Source: a virus
Lineage: Duplodnaviria; Caudoviricetes
IMG/VR virus record: IMGVR_UViG_3300048851_000038
Span: 1 to 43,578 of that record
Direction: 5' to 3' (one strand)
DNA: 43,578 nt
Of this stretch, positions 42,393 through 43,578 are shown one piece after another. How positions within the stretch are numbered: the first letter of the stretch is position 1; each line of letters begins with the position of its first letter. Below the pieces are notes generated by a model. That model did no database searches. It worked only from the letters and a program-made list of their open reading frames with translations, and was not told the DNA's origin. The translations under genes and the position numbers were made by a program.

Positions 42393-43411
42393 CCGCTACC
42401 GGACATCGGTTCTGCGAGTCCTGCGGGCGTCCCTTCGACGGGGACGCTTCGCCGACGGTGGTTGAGGCGATCCGGGACTATCTCCTGCTCAGCGAGGAGA
42501 AGGCCGGTTACGCGTCCACGCGCGGCCGGTTGGCACTGGCGGTCGAGTACATCGCCCAGACGGACCTCAACGTCACGTGCGCGGCGATCGACGTCCGCTG
42601 GATCGACGCATACCGCAAATGGCTGGCGGCCAAGCCCGTCATCTCGCCCAACGGCAACTTCACGCGCGCTCGCAGCCTCGGTCACATCGAAGGATGCGTT
42701 CGCCAGCTCGCCGCCGCGATCAACGCGACGCCGGGGCAGGCGGCACAGTTCAAGGCCGAGCAGCCGAAGGCGGTTGCGGTGTCACCGCGGTACCGGGCCG
42801 ACGTGCCCATGCTCGCTGCCATGTTCCGGTTTGCGATGGAGATCCCGGAGCGCGAGCATCTGCTCGCCTATCTACGCGCTGCCGTGGCGACCTGGGCGCG
42901 GCCGGAGGAGATCTTCGACTTGCGGGCCGGGCAGTGGATTGCAGAGGCGCGCGTGCTCGACCTCAACCCGCCCGGCCGGCGCCAGACGCGCAAGTATCGG
43001 GGCAGGGTGCCGATCGCGCGCCAGTTCGCGCCGTTCCTCGACGAGATGGGCGCCGAGTATATGTCGGTGACGACGGTGCGTGTGTCGTGGGACAAGATGC
43101 GCGGCAAGATCGGGATGCCGACCGAGCGCGGCGAGGCAGGCATCAAGCTGATCCGCCGTTCCATGGCCACGCTCGCCCGCCGTCGGATCGGCGAGGCCAA
43201 CTGGCGGCAGGGCGAGATGATGCTGGGGCACGTGAAAACCAGCATCAGCGACATCTATGCGATCCCTGATCCCGCGAACTACGGCCTCGCTCTCGAGGCC
43301 ACAGAATCGATCATCGATGAGATCTGCGCGCTCGCACCCGGTGCGTTCTACCGCACCGTTACCGCAAGCGGCGCGCCTTTGAAGTTAGTGGAAGGTGGCA
43401 AAAATGGCTAA
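42209..43411 (+). CDS. Tyrosine recombinase / phage integrase (divergent)
   Basis: TWARPEEI (catalytic R), KLIRRSMAT, MLGH, IYA; ends 9 bp from the tRNA 3' end. Confidence 0.85.
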   Translation: MPRTKRPKPLYQRGDFKLIAREGRSNLEIVWYDAEAGRERSASASTSDLGEAKLALDRKYLTATGHRFCESCGRPFDGDASPTVVEAIRDYLLLSEEKAGYASTRGRLALAVEYIAQTDLNVTCAAIDVRWIDAYRKWLAAKPVISPNGNFTRARSLGHIEGCVRQLAAAINATPGQAAQFKAEQPKAVAVSPRYRADVPMLAAMFRFAMEIPEREHLLAYLRAAVATWARPEEIFDLRAGQWIAEARVLDLNPPGRRQTRKYRGRVPIARQFAPFLDEMGAEYMSVTTVRVSWDKMRGKIGMPTERGEAGIKLIRRSMATLARRRIGEANWRQGEMMLGHVKTSISDIYAIPDPANYGLALEATESIIDEICALAPGAFYRTVTASGAPLKLVEGGKNG

Positions 43412-43420
43412 AATCTGCCG

Positions 43421-43494
43421 TGGAGCGGGTGAAGGGAATCGAACCCTCGTCGTAAGCTTGGGAAGCTTCTGCTCTACCATTGAGCTACACCCGC
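43421..43494 (-). tRNA. tRNA-Gly(CCC), prophage attachment site
   Basis: Reverse complement GCGGGTGTAGCTCAATGGTAGAGCAGAAGCTTCCCAAGCTTACGACGAGGGTTCGATTCCCTTCACCCGCTCCA forms a cloverleaf with anticodon CCC and encoded CCA. Confidence 0.97.
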
Positions 43495-43578
43495 GGCGCC
43501 GAGCGACGATTGCTCGTCCGCGCATGTCGCCCTTATGCAATCGACCTGACGGGCGCAAGCATCGTGCGCCCGCTGCGG

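Larger units (their letters stand above)
1..43420. mobile_element. Lambda-like prophage integrated at tRNA-Gly(CCC); left boundary outside the window
   Basis: Continuous integrase, recombination, immunity, replication, packaging, head, tail and lysis-like modules; integrase abuts the tRNA 3' end. Confidence 0.93.

Overview
The window is almost entirely a lambda-like (siphovirus-type) temperate prophage in a high-GC host, probably an alphaproteobacterium, as suggested by its MucR/Ros and GapR-like genes. It is integrated at a tRNA-Gly(CCC) at the right end. The minus strand (35663 down to 561) carries cro, early genes, a DNA methyltransferase, a GapR-like protein, a RuvC-like nuclease, DnaB, a replication initiator and a putative late regulator. 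It continues with terminase, gpW, portal, S49 protease, scaffold, decoration protein, major capsid, head-tail and tail genes, a frameshifted tail chaperone, a tape measure protein with an internal M15-type peptidase, a 2955-aa modular tail-tip protein and three holin-like membrane proteins. The plus strand (35757-43411) carries a cI-like repressor, a HIRAN protein, RecT, a RecD/Dda-like helicase, MucR and the integrase. No endolysin and no second att copy are visible, so the prophage probably continues left of the window. The least explained region is 1-560, directly downstream of the lysis-like genes. It has no credible ORF, is densely packed with hairpins, and holds two copies of a stem-loop whose apical sequence is identical while the stems differ. 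It is a candidate large structured phage ncRNA. All assignments come from reading the sequence by eye; no database searches were run.
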